Assembly (NCBI GenBank): GCA_973895155.1 | Contig: OZ316892.1 | Span: 26,559,233 to 26,623,232, forward strand | DNA length: 64,000 nucleotides | Direction: 5' to 3' | Source of the DNA: Marsupella aquatica | Lineage: Eukaryota > Plantae > Marchantiophyta | Shown here: positions 23,658 through 35,940 of the stretch, in pieces | Layout: every line of letters starts with the position of its first letter | Position numbering within the stretch: the first letter of the stretch is position 1 | The notes under the pieces: generated by a model | Told to the model about the DNA's origin: nothing | Databases searched by the model: none | Seen by the model: only the letters and a program-made list of their open reading frames with translations | Program-made: the position numbers and the translations under genes

Positions 23658-25226
23658 ATGGCGTCAATTGTAGGAGACTGTCATGACAATGATGGTAAGG
23701 CTGCTGCTGCACATTTGGTGGTCATCCCGCTGGATGACAATGATGGTAAGGCTGCTGCTGCACATTTGGTGTTCATCCCGCTGGCCATCCATTCACACAT
23801 CGTACCACTGCTGAGGCTCGCGACTGAGCTCGCCCGCGAGGGAATCACCATCACTTTCGTAAGTTGGGAGCACACAATTGCTCAGCTTCGCACTTCGGCT
23901 GAACTTCCCGAATGGCAGAGTCTGGGCGTTCGGCTAGTCGGTTTGCCTCAACGAGAGCCCGACGACCAACGCCCAGCCATGAAGGTCCCTCCAGTCGTCT
24001 TAACACGAGCTTTTAAGCCATTGAGGGAGCAGTGGATTCAGGAGAAGGGCTCCGGCATCGGAGGACGTCCGACGGGTATAGTATCGGACATGTTTCTCCC
24101 CTGGACTCAGGAGTTGGCTGATACATTGGAGATTCCAAGGTATATATTCTTTCCGTCAGGAACAATCTATGCAAGGGCGCTGCAAGGCATTCTAGATTGT
24201 TATGAAAGTGGCCAATTCCATTTCTCAGATACCGACGTGGACTCTCAAGTTTGTATCTCTGGTCTCCCTCCTTTGCGTTACTTCGAGATCCCCAGATCTT
24301 TCCGAGAGCATACTGAATACTTGCAGATTAAATGTGAATCGGTGGAGCGAGCAGCAGGTCTGCTGATAAACTCGTTTCCTGCGCTGGAAGAAAGCGTTAT
24401 TGACACATGGAGAAAGACCGTGGATCACCGCAAGGTGCCCAAGATTTACCCTGTTGGTCCTCTGTTGTGGACGTCGGTCACCGTCCCAATCGTGCGAAAC
24501 AGTAGAGGCTCAGAGGATCTGTTTCCCATCCAAAACGTCCAAGACGGTCGAGGCTCGGAGGATCCAGCAAGCAGATGCCTTGAATTCCTTGGCTCCCAGG
24601 CTCCCTCTTCGGTTCTCTATATAGCTTTTGGAACCCAGGTCGGCCTTCGTCCAGAGCAGATAAAGGAACTGGCCTTGGGACTGGAGGACAGTGAGCAACA
24701 TTTCTTGTGGATCATTGCACCGTCGAAAGGTACGCCAGGGAAGCAGCCCCCATCACTGAGCGAAGTACTTCCAACAGGTTTTGAAGCACGGTTAGGGGAA
24801 CGTTGCTGTATTGTAACTGGGTGGGCACCCCAAGTGCAAATCCTGGCTCATTCATCTACTAGTGGCTTTCTCACTCACTGTGGATGGAACTCCTCTCTGG
24901 AGAGTATAACGTTGGGCGTGCCAATGATTGCATGCCCACAGGCTGCAGACCAGCATCTCAATTGCAGATATCTGGCCGATGAGCTGAAGGTCGCAATAGA
25001 ACTTATAACGGGGCCTGACCACGTTTTCAACCGGAACGAGGTTGCGAGGGCGGTCCGGCTTTTGATGGTAGAACCGGAAAGGAACGCGATCCGAAGCAGA
25101 ATGGAACACCTCCACAGGACGGCTACAGCAGCAGTGGCTGAAGGTGGATCCAAGGCACGGGTTCTCCAGGAATTCTTGGATGATATCCGGAATCACAACT
25201 TGTTCAGACAATCGGGAAGCAAGTAG
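23658..25226 (+). CDS. Family-1 UDP-glycosyltransferase (UGT copy 2) with a 17-aa N-terminal duplication
   Basis: Close paralogue of 18064..19581; PSPG box WAPQVQILAHSSTSGFLTHCGWNSSLESITLGVPMIACPQAADQ. Confidence 0.97.
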   Translation: MASIVGDCHDNDGKAAAAHLVVIPLDDNDGKAAAAHLVFIPLAIHSHIVPLLRLATELAREGITITFVSWEHTIAQLRTSAELPEWQSLGVRLVGLPQREPDDQRPAMKVPPVVLTRAFKPLREQWIQEKGSGIGGRPTGIVSDMFLPWTQELADTLEIPRYIFFPSGTIYARALQGILDCYESGQFHFSDTDVDSQVCISGLPPLRYFEIPRSFREHTEYLQIKCESVERAAGLLINSFPALEESVIDTWRKTVDHRKVPKIYPVGPLLWTSVTVPIVRNSRGSEDLFPIQNVQDGRGSEDPASRCLEFLGSQAPSSVLYIAFGTQVGLRPEQIKELALGLEDSEQHFLWIIAPSKGTPGKQPPSLSEVLPTGFEARLGERCCIVTGWAPQVQILAHSSTSGFLTHCGWNSSLESITLGVPMIACPQAADQHLNCRYLADELKVAIELITGPDHVFNRNEVARAVRLLMVEPERNAIRSRMEHLHRTATAAVAEGGSKARVLQEFLDDIRNHNLFRQSGSK

Positions 25227-26248
25227 AAGTTAATCAGCCCATGTGAGAAGTAAGGTCCAACGGGAAAAATTGATTGCCAGAATCTGAACATTCATTGCAT
25301 CTTAGCAGGTCATTACAATCATAATCTGAAAGCTTGTGATAGTGAATACCAAGAGCAATTTGCTAAACGTTGTTCGATGGAACTCAAGGTCTTCGGTAAC
25401 CTTGTTCTCATTGGAGTGGCGAGTCTTGAATCTCCTTCGACTGAGATTGGATTCAAAGGCATATCTCAGCTAGATTGCGTAACTAACTAGAGTTTTTGGG
25501 GCATTTCTTGGTGATGTTTGTGGCAGCCTCCAACATCCTAAGCGACTGGCACTGTATTCAGGTACATTCAGAAACGACTCCAAATTGTGCTGCAATGAGT
25601 TCTTCAGCTCAATTCATACGGAGACAATATTCATAATCAGGAGTCCTGGTCGCATTATCTGTAGGAGGGCGGGAAACACACGGCAATCTAACTTTCCTAC
25701 GCAGTTCGCTCCCACCTCCAATTTGAGCGCTGCCATTAATTTCAATCGTGGGAACCAGGTCACCCACGTTTGCACCTTGAAATTGGAAAATCAATTACGA
25801 CGTCCATATCGGATGATACCATAATTCAAATGATGATACTGAGAACGACCGCATGATCGACAAACACTAAGCTGCCTCGATAAAATCATCTCAATTTTTT
25901 CCAGAGAAGTGATATGAAAGATTGTATATTTACAGAAAATTACACAGATTGAAGAGTTCACGTGATGGTCTGTTTTCGGATGTTACCCTGCATTCCCATG
26001 AGGCAGAACTGCCTACATGACTTACTAGTGAGATACTCTGGTATTAGACTAGGAAAAGCCATTGCATTTCATGATTGGGAATTCTCAGCTTCACGGCCAC
26101 TACGCACCACTTACACCCCATTAAAAATGCCGAATTTAATTTACGTATTGGGAACTAACTACATGACGAGTGAACCCCATAAGATCGATGGCTGTTCGAA
26201 GACACAATGCTTCATAGACAGCTTCTTCTAAAACGGAAAGGTTCTTGA

Positions 26249-29200
26249 CTAGTCTGAGTCAGACATGTCTGTTGCCTCTCCATCTGATTCTTGTGCAGGA
26301 AGAGGTGTATCACTCTCAAATTCCTCACTTTCATAACCTTGTCGTGAGTCAAGTGGTGTAGTATTTGCAGTACCTCGGCTGATCTGATCTGGGGATGCGG
26401 ACGCACACTCTCCGGTTTGTGGACTCCTTGACACCCGTGTCAGATGAATTGGGTTATCCTCCAATCCGTTCAGCTCTGAAGTACCTTGTGGATTCGTAAG
26501 TCTTTGCTCCAGGTGTGATAGCCTTGCTGTAAGGTGACGCTTCTCCCACTCAAGAGCTTCTCGGACTGCCGACAATTCAGACCGACTCTGTTGTTGAAGC
26601 AGTTTCATGGTTGAGGCAAGCAAAGCCTATATTTGAAAGCGAGCAAGACAGTTATAATAATATATCAATGGTTATTAGCTTCACACCCGAAGCAACTCAT
26701 TCGAGCAACTCCCAAACTCCTAAATATATTGGAGAAACACATGCCCCTCCCAAATCCCGCAAATTAAACCTAAAGAAATTTGGAGACATACGAAAAAAAC
26801 CGTACTTACGATGATACAAAGGTTCACATAATTTAACTTGCAATTCCACACATGCACACAGTTCTACACAAAATTTACGGAACCTTAGATATGCCTTACA
26901 TGGGCTTACAATAATGCTACACCGTTAATGGACTAGTGTGTATTCGTAGAAACCTACAGCACATACCTTTATGCTCCTATCTAGATCTTGCTCAGTCACA
27001 GCATCAACAGCAGCAAGGGTAGCAGCAGTTGTCATGTGTACGGACGACATAGCTGCTCCGCTCCCTTCGGGATCTTGTTTCACATTTTCGACTGTTAATG
27101 GCTTACCCAGCTGAATGTCTTTGCTGGGGAGAGCCTTGGGTCTAGATTCTAGCCATTTGTAAACATCACTACACAACCGTCCCCACAAAGGGACCAGTAA
27201 CCCAATATCCCCTGTCTCAATTATCTGTGCCATTCGCATGTCCCACTCTTCATCAGACATTCCTCCTGCAGCAGTCAACAGCAGAGAGTACCGAAAATCT
27301 CGCACTAGTTCTCCTAGTTCCTGGATTCGACATGATTTGGCCAGGAGACTTCATCAGTTATCCGGTTTCTAATGTCCTCTGTAATTGTCTCAGTGTTGCA
27401 TTTGGGAACACATCAGTCTCGAGAACTTGGCAAGTTCTTAAGTCCCTTTTGAATCAGTTGAATGAATCTCCTTGAATTGGCAATTTTGCAGTTCAGACAA
27501 ATTAAAACTGAAGGGCCACAAAGAACTTACCAAAACTGTATGACTTTCTTGCACTTGTTTCTGCCACTTGGTACGACGTACTCTCCATGATCGTAAAAGA
27601 AAATTTTGAGGGATCTGTTCTTCCAATTTCAGCATGTCTTTCCTCATAATTTGCAAAATCTCATTTGCACTCCGCAGCTTCAAGTCCCTACCTTGTTTTC
27701 CAGTTCCCATAGCACTGAGACTCAAGCCCTTTGCAGGAGCCCTTTCAAAGTCTTTTCCATTGTTATCCGTTCCCTTCAGGACCCGCTTACTGTCAGCCGG
27801 CAGATGATCTCGAGTCACAGTTGTTGCCGGTTCTTCTTTTGCACTTCGTCTGCGATAACCAGATGTGTACACCTACACAACAGAGAGTTGACCATCAATC
27901 TAGTCTCTACTAAGTGCGCCAGCTGGCTACAACCAACAAGAGCACTTTCAAGATTCAGACCAAGCACTTATCGACAGTCGATTGATTTGACAAAGGATTC
28001 AAGAGACTAGAAATGTTCAATCCTCATTGCAGGTCCCAAAAAGGGGGAAAAAAAAGGAAGAAAGAGAGTTGAAATTTGCCTACCTTCCGGTAGGGGTCTG
28101 AATCCTGAAGAAAACTTCCAGATGCTGCAGAGGATTTTAATTGCACTACAGCACGCCGTGAGCGAGTCCAAAGAACCTCATTACCATTTGCTTGACTGCT
28201 AAGCACTTGGGGTAGTTTGTCTACATCAACAATTGCTCCCCGGCCATCTGTTGCGATGAGACGAACAATTTGTGAATATCAGCACAAGTCCCCGTATCCG
28301 GGAATGGGGATAATCAATCTGGAGCGCTTTATTCAGCACGGTTTAAAAGCTGTTTTGTTATGTTATGTTTCACACTTATTGACTGACGTCACTGGAAGTA
28401 AACGTCCGGCACACACAAATATCTACCTCTGCAGTCCTAATGTGTAACTGCTAATTCTATGTTGGCAGCCAACGAAAAAAATAGGTGCTCGAGACGACAC
28501 TTTGGAGTGGTACATCAACATGGGCTACCGTCGTTACACGAAGGTTAGGGGACTTCTTTCAGATTTCGTGAAAGCTCCAAAAACATCTCCAGATTTCAGG
28601 TAAATGAATAAAAACAAATATAAACCTAATACATCCAGACTTTCAAAGGAAACTGCAGAATATTACTGCCATAATCGTTCATTTTGATTCAGGAATGTAT
28701 TCGACATTTTGCAACTACGTTGAATAACTCGTGAGCTGAGCTCCGATTTTCTTATTGAATTAACCGACCATTCAGGAATCCAAATATTCACTATGTATTC
28801 AAATGCCGCTATTTGGTATGGTGCAGTACTGACTTTATGGTGGGACGTTAGGAAACTATATGACTCGAAATGAGTACAACTTGATGAGGAGAAGGGTTGA
28901 CCCTTACCTGAAGACTCGGTGTTTGGTAGCCCTTGTCCGTTCCTCGGAATTGTTTCCTCAGGATAGGACATGCTTGTTGCGACCCAAACCTTGGCTCCCG
29001 TGTCATGGTCCAATCCAGGGAGTAAAAGCTGATCATCATCAGGTCCAACTTGTATGCTATCTATACTCTTCAGTAAATCAGGGCTCCTCCTCTCAGAGCC
29101 TGCATCTACGGCTTCTTGATGAGCACTTTCCTTGGCCCTTGACTTTCTGACTTCCTCGTCCGTCTTGTCTACTGACTTGGACAAGCCATCTACAACGTCT

Positions 29201-32200
29201 AGATTATTTGTAGTCCTTCCTCCCTGCAAAAGAGGAGAAACACATGTTGTTTGACATTAATTTCCATATATCTCATATGAAAGAATTAATAAAACAATCC
29301 TTATATTTCATGCACATGGGGACCCGCTCTGATCATGGAACCAACATCGTACGAAGATGACTCAGGATTCGGATTTTTGTACTGGAGTTTGCGTTGCTAA
29401 TTAAGCTCCCTTTCGATTACAAAAGGAAAACAAGACTTTCGGTAAACAATATCGATCCAATGCTCAGCAAATGATTCATTGTTGAAAGAACGTCCAGGAT
29501 GTGAGGTGAAAACCCAGGTTATAGAAGTACCTCTTCAGTACAGATAGTAGGACCACCGTCCAGAGTGGGACAACCTTCAACACCAGCACCAACAATGGAT
29601 TGTTTGAGCGTTTCATTTGACTCTCTTTCGGAGGATTGTACTTTCAGACTTTCTGCACCAGTACAAGGATTCGCCAAACTAGCATTTTCATTCTCTTGCC
29701 TGTTAGCCGGAGACGGAGATTTGAGATCGCTCTCAGAAACTGTATTGGTACAAGTTGGATCTCCTCTCGGGCTGTCAGTGCTGAGTGGCTTACAACTCGA
29801 ATCAACTTGTTGTTCAGAGGATAACCTTGGCTCCGAGGTGAAAGGTGAGTCAGTCTCTGCACGTATAAAATGACCACGTTTTAGGGGCCAAGCAGTAGCG
29901 CATTCCCAGATAATTATGCACGACCCGCCGCAGCTAAGACGAAGCATGCCTAGATTTGTGAATGAGTTATGTGCAAAACTACGCCCTCTCGTTGTGTGCA
30001 GCTACTCTATCGCCCACCACACTACCGAAGACCATACTACGGGTACAAACGGAGCATGATCATTTCCTAACAGCTTACCAGAATATGCTTTAGAACCAGG
30101 GTGCACAGCCAGAGATTCCAAGGCAACCTCTCAATTGGAAAGGATAATGAGACAGCTAACCTCCCAATTTCTGCAGAGAGCGATACTGCAACCTGACACT
30201 CTCCCCAGTGTCCAACGTCCTCACCAAATACCTTATGATACAAACGAGACAAACCATCAGTAATTTTACACGCGCTTCTTCATGACTTTCCTTTCCCAAC
30301 AGTAAAGATAGAGTAGTTGATCGCTGCAAGGAGCAGAGAAACGTAATTACTCAGAAGAACCACTGTGACGTGTTCTTCAAGATAAGCACACAGAATCAAA
30401 TATCGTATTGAAAACCATACCATCCATTGAGGCATTGGTTTGTAATTACTGCCTCTATTCCAAAAAGGCGCTCTGGCGTGCGCTTGTTTCCCTGCTGAAA
30501 AGTAATGAATTTCATGTTAGTCTCCGTCCCATGGATAATTGTCAGTTCGCTTCATGACATGTAAGAGAAGGCCTTACTCGAAACAAAATTACCTTAATGA
30601 TGACTTTGTCTCCCACAACAAATGGAAACTGAACACCCTTCTGGCGAGAATCGAACTCAGCAGATCCAGCAGGGTCCTGCAAATTGTCATCAGTTGTGGA
30701 GGAGGTCAGTTCAATAATGGATGCATCGATCAGCCATTATAAATGTAGCACATATTTTGTAACATTTAGAAAGACGACATATCTTTGGTCCTGCTCAAAG
30801 TCAGACAATTCATTTGAATGCTGTCAAATCATGAGACCCCGTTTGAGAGAGTTCTGAAGCATTCAGCATATTACAATGGGTAATAGTGCGTTTTGAGAAA
30901 CATACACTAGAGGTTCCCTTTGGCTCAGAACCCTCACGCATCTCAAACTGGTCTCTGCTCCTCTTCGTTCCCGTCGTGGAGTTTAGCTGCCAAAGATGAT
31001 CTTCATGTCTGTAAGCCAATACCGCTGCCCGCAGTGCTGCAAAACGAGAAATCGCAAGACTTACTTACAAAGTTAACGTGATGATGAAACAATGCTTGTC
31101 AACAACACAATGCCCCATGTCGACTGGACATTAAAATGGCCGAATTCTCTAGAGCGTCACACCATAGAAGTATCCACGTCTAGAATACGCATGACTAGGT
31201 CCACACCCACTTACCGAAATTGGGAACTAAGGTTTTGGGAGGAACATTGGCTCCGCAACTCACGCAGAAATGCTGTACATCCACACCATCAGACTATTAG
31301 ACACACCATAGCAACATGTGACAATTTTCTGAGTATTCAAACATAACAATCAATTATCAAAAAAGAAGAACTCTGACCCGATCTATATGCTACCATCTGC
31401 AGCTTGACATGACTGTTTAATTTCAATACTCATCCTTTACAAAAGTGGACACTTCATCATATCGAGTCTGTCATAAGGACTTGATACAAGTTTCACACTT
31501 GAACGGTCACTAAGCTGATGTCTTGAGTTCTACTCTCGGGACTTTTCAATACTCTTATTTAAAATGCATCATCTCCTGAAATCATTTGGCGTCCACTACT
31601 TTTTCACGTGAATACACTGGACCTACCGTTTCTAGCACCCTTTGAAGGTTCCCGCTCCCGAATGAGTGTCCACACATAGCTACCATTGCGTCATCCAAAA
31701 AGGCCCCCCTGCAGCCATATTGTCCATGTTGGAAGCTCACTGCGCCAAGATATATCTTTCTACTGACAAAGACCCACCAACGTAGTATTCATGACAATGA
31801 ATGGATTGCCCTCAACCATCCAGATTTAGGGAGAGTTTACTGGGTCTGATTAGGAAGACAAAGCGGAGAGATAGCGTTACTTACGTTACAGGGTCAGAGA
31901 GCACCTTGCGCAAAGAGAGCTCTCCGAGTGGACCCTTTTCTTTTCCTGGGCGAGCACCAGATGGTGTTCTCTCTCCAACTAGACTTCCATCCTCTGTTGT
32001 TGGCGAAGACGAGTCATCGTTCTTCGTATCTGAAACTCCAGAAGATTGAAGTGGTTCTGTACTCCGGGTCTCCCCACCTTCAAACGACCGGCCAGACAGG
32101 CCCTGGTCGTTTCCCATGTCCAAACTGTCAGTTTTCAAAGGCTCTTCACAGAATGAATCGACGAATACTCTCTCTTCTGTTGAATTACCGCTCCCTGGTG

Positions 32201-32864
32201 ACGCGTCGTCAGAAGAGGAAGGTCCTGTGCCATATCCTGACTGTGCATGAGCGGAGCGGAGTTCTTCCCAAGATGCAGGCATCTCGGTTGAAGCACCTAC
32301 ATCCATATTGGCGGTCTGAAAAAAAGGAGAAGGTGAAGCCGTAATTGTTGAAATGAGCTCACCTTCTCTCCCCCCTGGGGATGACATTAAGGTCTCTGCA
32401 TATTCAACTGGAGCTCCTTCAGCTTCATGGGTCCCTTCAGCTGGAAGCGTATGAAGCACCACCGAATCAAAGGACATTTCTGCAGTGCCCATGACACCAT
32501 TCTCCTCTCCAGCTATAGGCCCTAGGACCACGGCAACATCCTTCTTAGACTGAGAATGGTTCATCAGCATAGTAGAACACTTCTCACCCCCTGATAGTCC
32601 CTCTGATTGCCCTCCACCGCCTTCCAGCCCCTCTCCACCTCTTTGCCTTGTCTCCAATTCCGGAGGGAAATGATCTGGAGTCGCACTTATGTGCTGCTCA
32701 TCATCCTCCGAAACGCTTTTTTGGCTATTGTGCTGGATGAACTCAGCTTCCTCCCTTCCTGCGCCCTGCCCAACACCTAACTCATTATCGCCATGTTTGC
32801 ATCACCGTGACGAGGCAAATGGATAGAGCAGTTCTTCACGAATCATACCGTTAGGGGTTTCCAT
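26249..32864 (-). CDS. PUB62/63-like U-box E3 ligase, multi-exon, with a long C-terminal extension; start uncertain (ATG 32864 with in-frame TGA at 32802-32804, or ATG ~32570)
   Basis: Spliced U-box LRKVLSDPVT|GAFLDDAMVAMCGHSFG...|HFCVSCGANVPPKTLVPNF|ALRAAV, then the PUB62-type motif GVQFPFVVGDKVIIK|GNKRTPERLFG...QCLNGW|YLVRTLDTGESVRLQYRSL. Further same-strand exons at ~29530-29855, 28907-29225, 28083-28260, 27531-27870, 26967-27320 and 26249-26590. Confidence 0.8.
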
Positions 32865-33251
32865 GGTGAATACAAGCAATTGAGAAACAATCCGTCGTTG
32901 TTGTCTCTATATTTCATCTCCGCTCTCCGCCAGTTGTTCCTCCGCTGAGCTTATACTAAACCGCCAAACGACATACTTCCCTAATTGGCCAGCCAGTCTG
33001 AGGCCGCATTTCTCCCCTGTCGTCCACTAAAACGTGCAATGCTATCGAATTGTGGACGACACTGTCGCCAATCACTCTCTCAAACCATCAATAGCTCCAT
33101 CACGCCATCAATGGCTCTCCTGAAAACACCAATTGGTCTCTGAAGTCGCCAATTGCGAATGTTCAACCTCCTCTGGCAACTTGAAATTATTCAAATTCAC
33201 CACCAGGTGGTCAAAGAGAGCCTTCCAAGTCATAACCACATCATCATCATA

Positions 33252-33860
33252 ATCAGGCATAAAAGCCATCCCAACTGCACAAAAGGAGAGAAGAGAAAAT
33301 TTGAGAAACCTGGAAATTGGTAAAGCAAAGCTCAAGTGGCCCTTCAGAGGTAATTGACAAACCTGACAATTGAACCTAGGCCGATACACAAACCTCACAG
33401 GCAGTACACACATCGGCCAGAGGCCAAAGGAAATGTTATTAATTACCAGAACGGGAGAACAGTCGATCCTATCAATCTAGCCTGCAAGTCATCCCATCTG
33501 CACCAAAAGAAGACGAGAAAAACTTGAGAAACATGCCAATTGGTGAGGGCTCACGTGACCTCTCAGCACATAATTGACAAATTGAAGCGAGGCCCATTAT
33601 CAACAAGTAAGCAGTGAACTTAAACCTCATTGGCAGTAAGTACGCCATCGGACAGCAGCCCAACGAATTGTCAACAACTCGACATTAACAGAAACAGTCG
33701 ACCCTAATAAAGGACTCGTCAAAAGTTGAAGAAACGAAGCACGAATTTAGAGAACATGTGACCAGCTGTGCATTGGATCCGCCCTCAATCGGGCCTTCCG
33801 AGAACTTGGGAGCATATCTCAGCCGTCAGTTCCGGTGAGAGTCCTTGGTGAGGACTGCCT
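33252..33860 (-). promoter_or_regulatory. Putative promoter and intron-containing 5' leader of the U-box gene
   Basis: On the minus strand, pyrimidine-rich acceptors (ttttggtgcag, ttttgtgcag) and donors (gag|gtttaag, ctg|gtaatt) lie upstream of the CDS. No transcript evidence is available. Confidence 0.5.
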
Positions 33861-35940
33861 GAAGTGAGGGCACCATGGAATCCCCCCCCCCCACCATTTC
33901 TCTTAGTGAGTTCCGTAGTGGATAGAGTCTCTGTGGTAACCTTGTGTTGGAAGGAGGGTACCATGGAGAATCTTCAGTGGTTTACCGGGGTCTATTATGG
34001 AAATTATTGAGAACATATGAGTAAAAAGAAAATTATATACATATATATCACACAAAGATTAGCATTAAAATGTAAGAGAAGAAAAAAGAGTAGTATAAAC
34101 TCACCCCTTGACATGTCTTGCAACAACTCGTATCCACTTTGGCCTTGACTAACCCCAGCATTGGGTCCCAAATGACCAAGTCCAATTGATCATCCAGGAT
34201 TCAGCTAAGGATGAGGAGACTGATAAACATAAATGAGACATGTAGGGACCGGTGGGGTTGGAGTAAGCGTGGACTTGTGACAAGATCCGCAAAACCTAAA
34301 GTAAGGGATATGTTCAACCTAGAGAGCTTAATGAAAGATTCTGGGCATACAATTATGCTCAACTACCAAGACAAGTCACATGCATTTACTAAAGGAATCA
34401 TGTGTATATGATTTGGTGTCATTGTAGCATGTGCAAAACATTTGCAAATGAAAGTATTGGAAAAGTAGGCCCTGTAGAAACACCTTGAGCATCCATGAGC
34501 CTGGTCACAATCATGTAAATTGTGTTATCAACAGACATATAGATCTTTGATTATGGTTAGGGCAAGATTGAGATGCAAAGGTACGGGCTCAAGTGGGGGC
34601 ACCTAAATTTCCACATCTGGACTTGACGGCGTCAAGGGCATAATTGAAAGCTCAGATGACCTTAGGAAAAACCATGGCTACGAGTGCATTGTGCTAGTCC
34701 AAAACTCATCCAAGCTTGTCAATTCAACAATAGGGTAGAAGGGGACAAACTCAAACATGGGGCTCCAATAATACCAAAGGTTGGTGCCAAATATTTTGGA
34801 CCAAAGTTGGTCAAGGCGTGACGCGTCTCCAAAAGCATATATAAGAGGAGTGTTCTCCTCCCCATTCTCCTCGAATGGGTCTCGGGAGCCATGGGTGCTT
34901 CCCGCTGTAAGGGGCTCGAGCCCAAATGGAAATGACAATATCTTTGCAATTATCATAGTTAGGGGTGAGGAGTTCTTGGGCTTGTGCAACCTACAAATGG
35001 GAGCTACCTCCCAATGAACTCAGAACATTCATTGAGGTATAATGGTGCTGGGGTATTTGGATGGACAAGTTGGGAGAAGGACTAGTGCACTTGCATTGTG
35101 GGAGCGGCCTATAAGGTTTGGAATACTTGGGTGGGCAAGGGGCATGGACTCGTGTTGGGAGCCCAAAGGGGCCATGAGTGACTCTATTGCATTTGCAAGT
35201 TATAGCATTGGTAACATCAGGCAGTCCCAAAGTTCAAGGACAAGTTATGCACTTACTTAGGACCATGAGCATACCTTGGAGCTAAGCGTTCAATTAGTGA
35301 CAAATTGGGGAGTTCCCGGTTGATATGCTGGTGTCCCTCAGCTCATGTTTTCTCGGAAACATTGCTTTAATTAAATCTCACACGGGCTCCTGTTGTCAAG
35401 TTAAGCATGGAGATGTGGCATTGTCTCCCCCCTTTCATTGTAGAGGGGCCATTGAGCTAGAACTGAACTCTAGTCCAGAGTCCTTGCCTCCCAGGTTTGG
35501 AGTGATAATAATAGGGCGTCTCAAATATTAAAAAAAAAACCCACCTCACAGGTGTCCCGTGATGCACTGAAACTGGGTATAGCAGGGCAGTAATATTTTT
35601 GGACTCGCAGATTTGAGAGGGGTCTTGACAGTGTATGAAAATGGCAACATGAGTCAATGAACACACTGAAATCGGGTCCCCTCCTCGTAGTAGTCAGCAC
35701 TCCGTTTTGGTCATGACACCCGGGCATGACTATTCAGGCCTTGCATTCGGTGCCCGACCAGTCGTTCCCGCTGCCCTGGGCCACAACACTTCCTGACCAG
35801 GTCAAGCTCAAAAATTCATATATTGTATTTGAGACACCCTGATTGAGGAGCTCACATCCATTGCTGCCATGCTGATCATTCACCTTTTTCATAGCCATCG
35901 GTTGCTACATCCTGGGATTGTTCTGGAATGCATTGAAGGG

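Noticed and set aside
32802-32804. Selenocysteine codon in the U-box gene
   Set aside because: Land plants lack Sec machinery, the position is in a low-complexity N-terminus, and no SECIS is evident.
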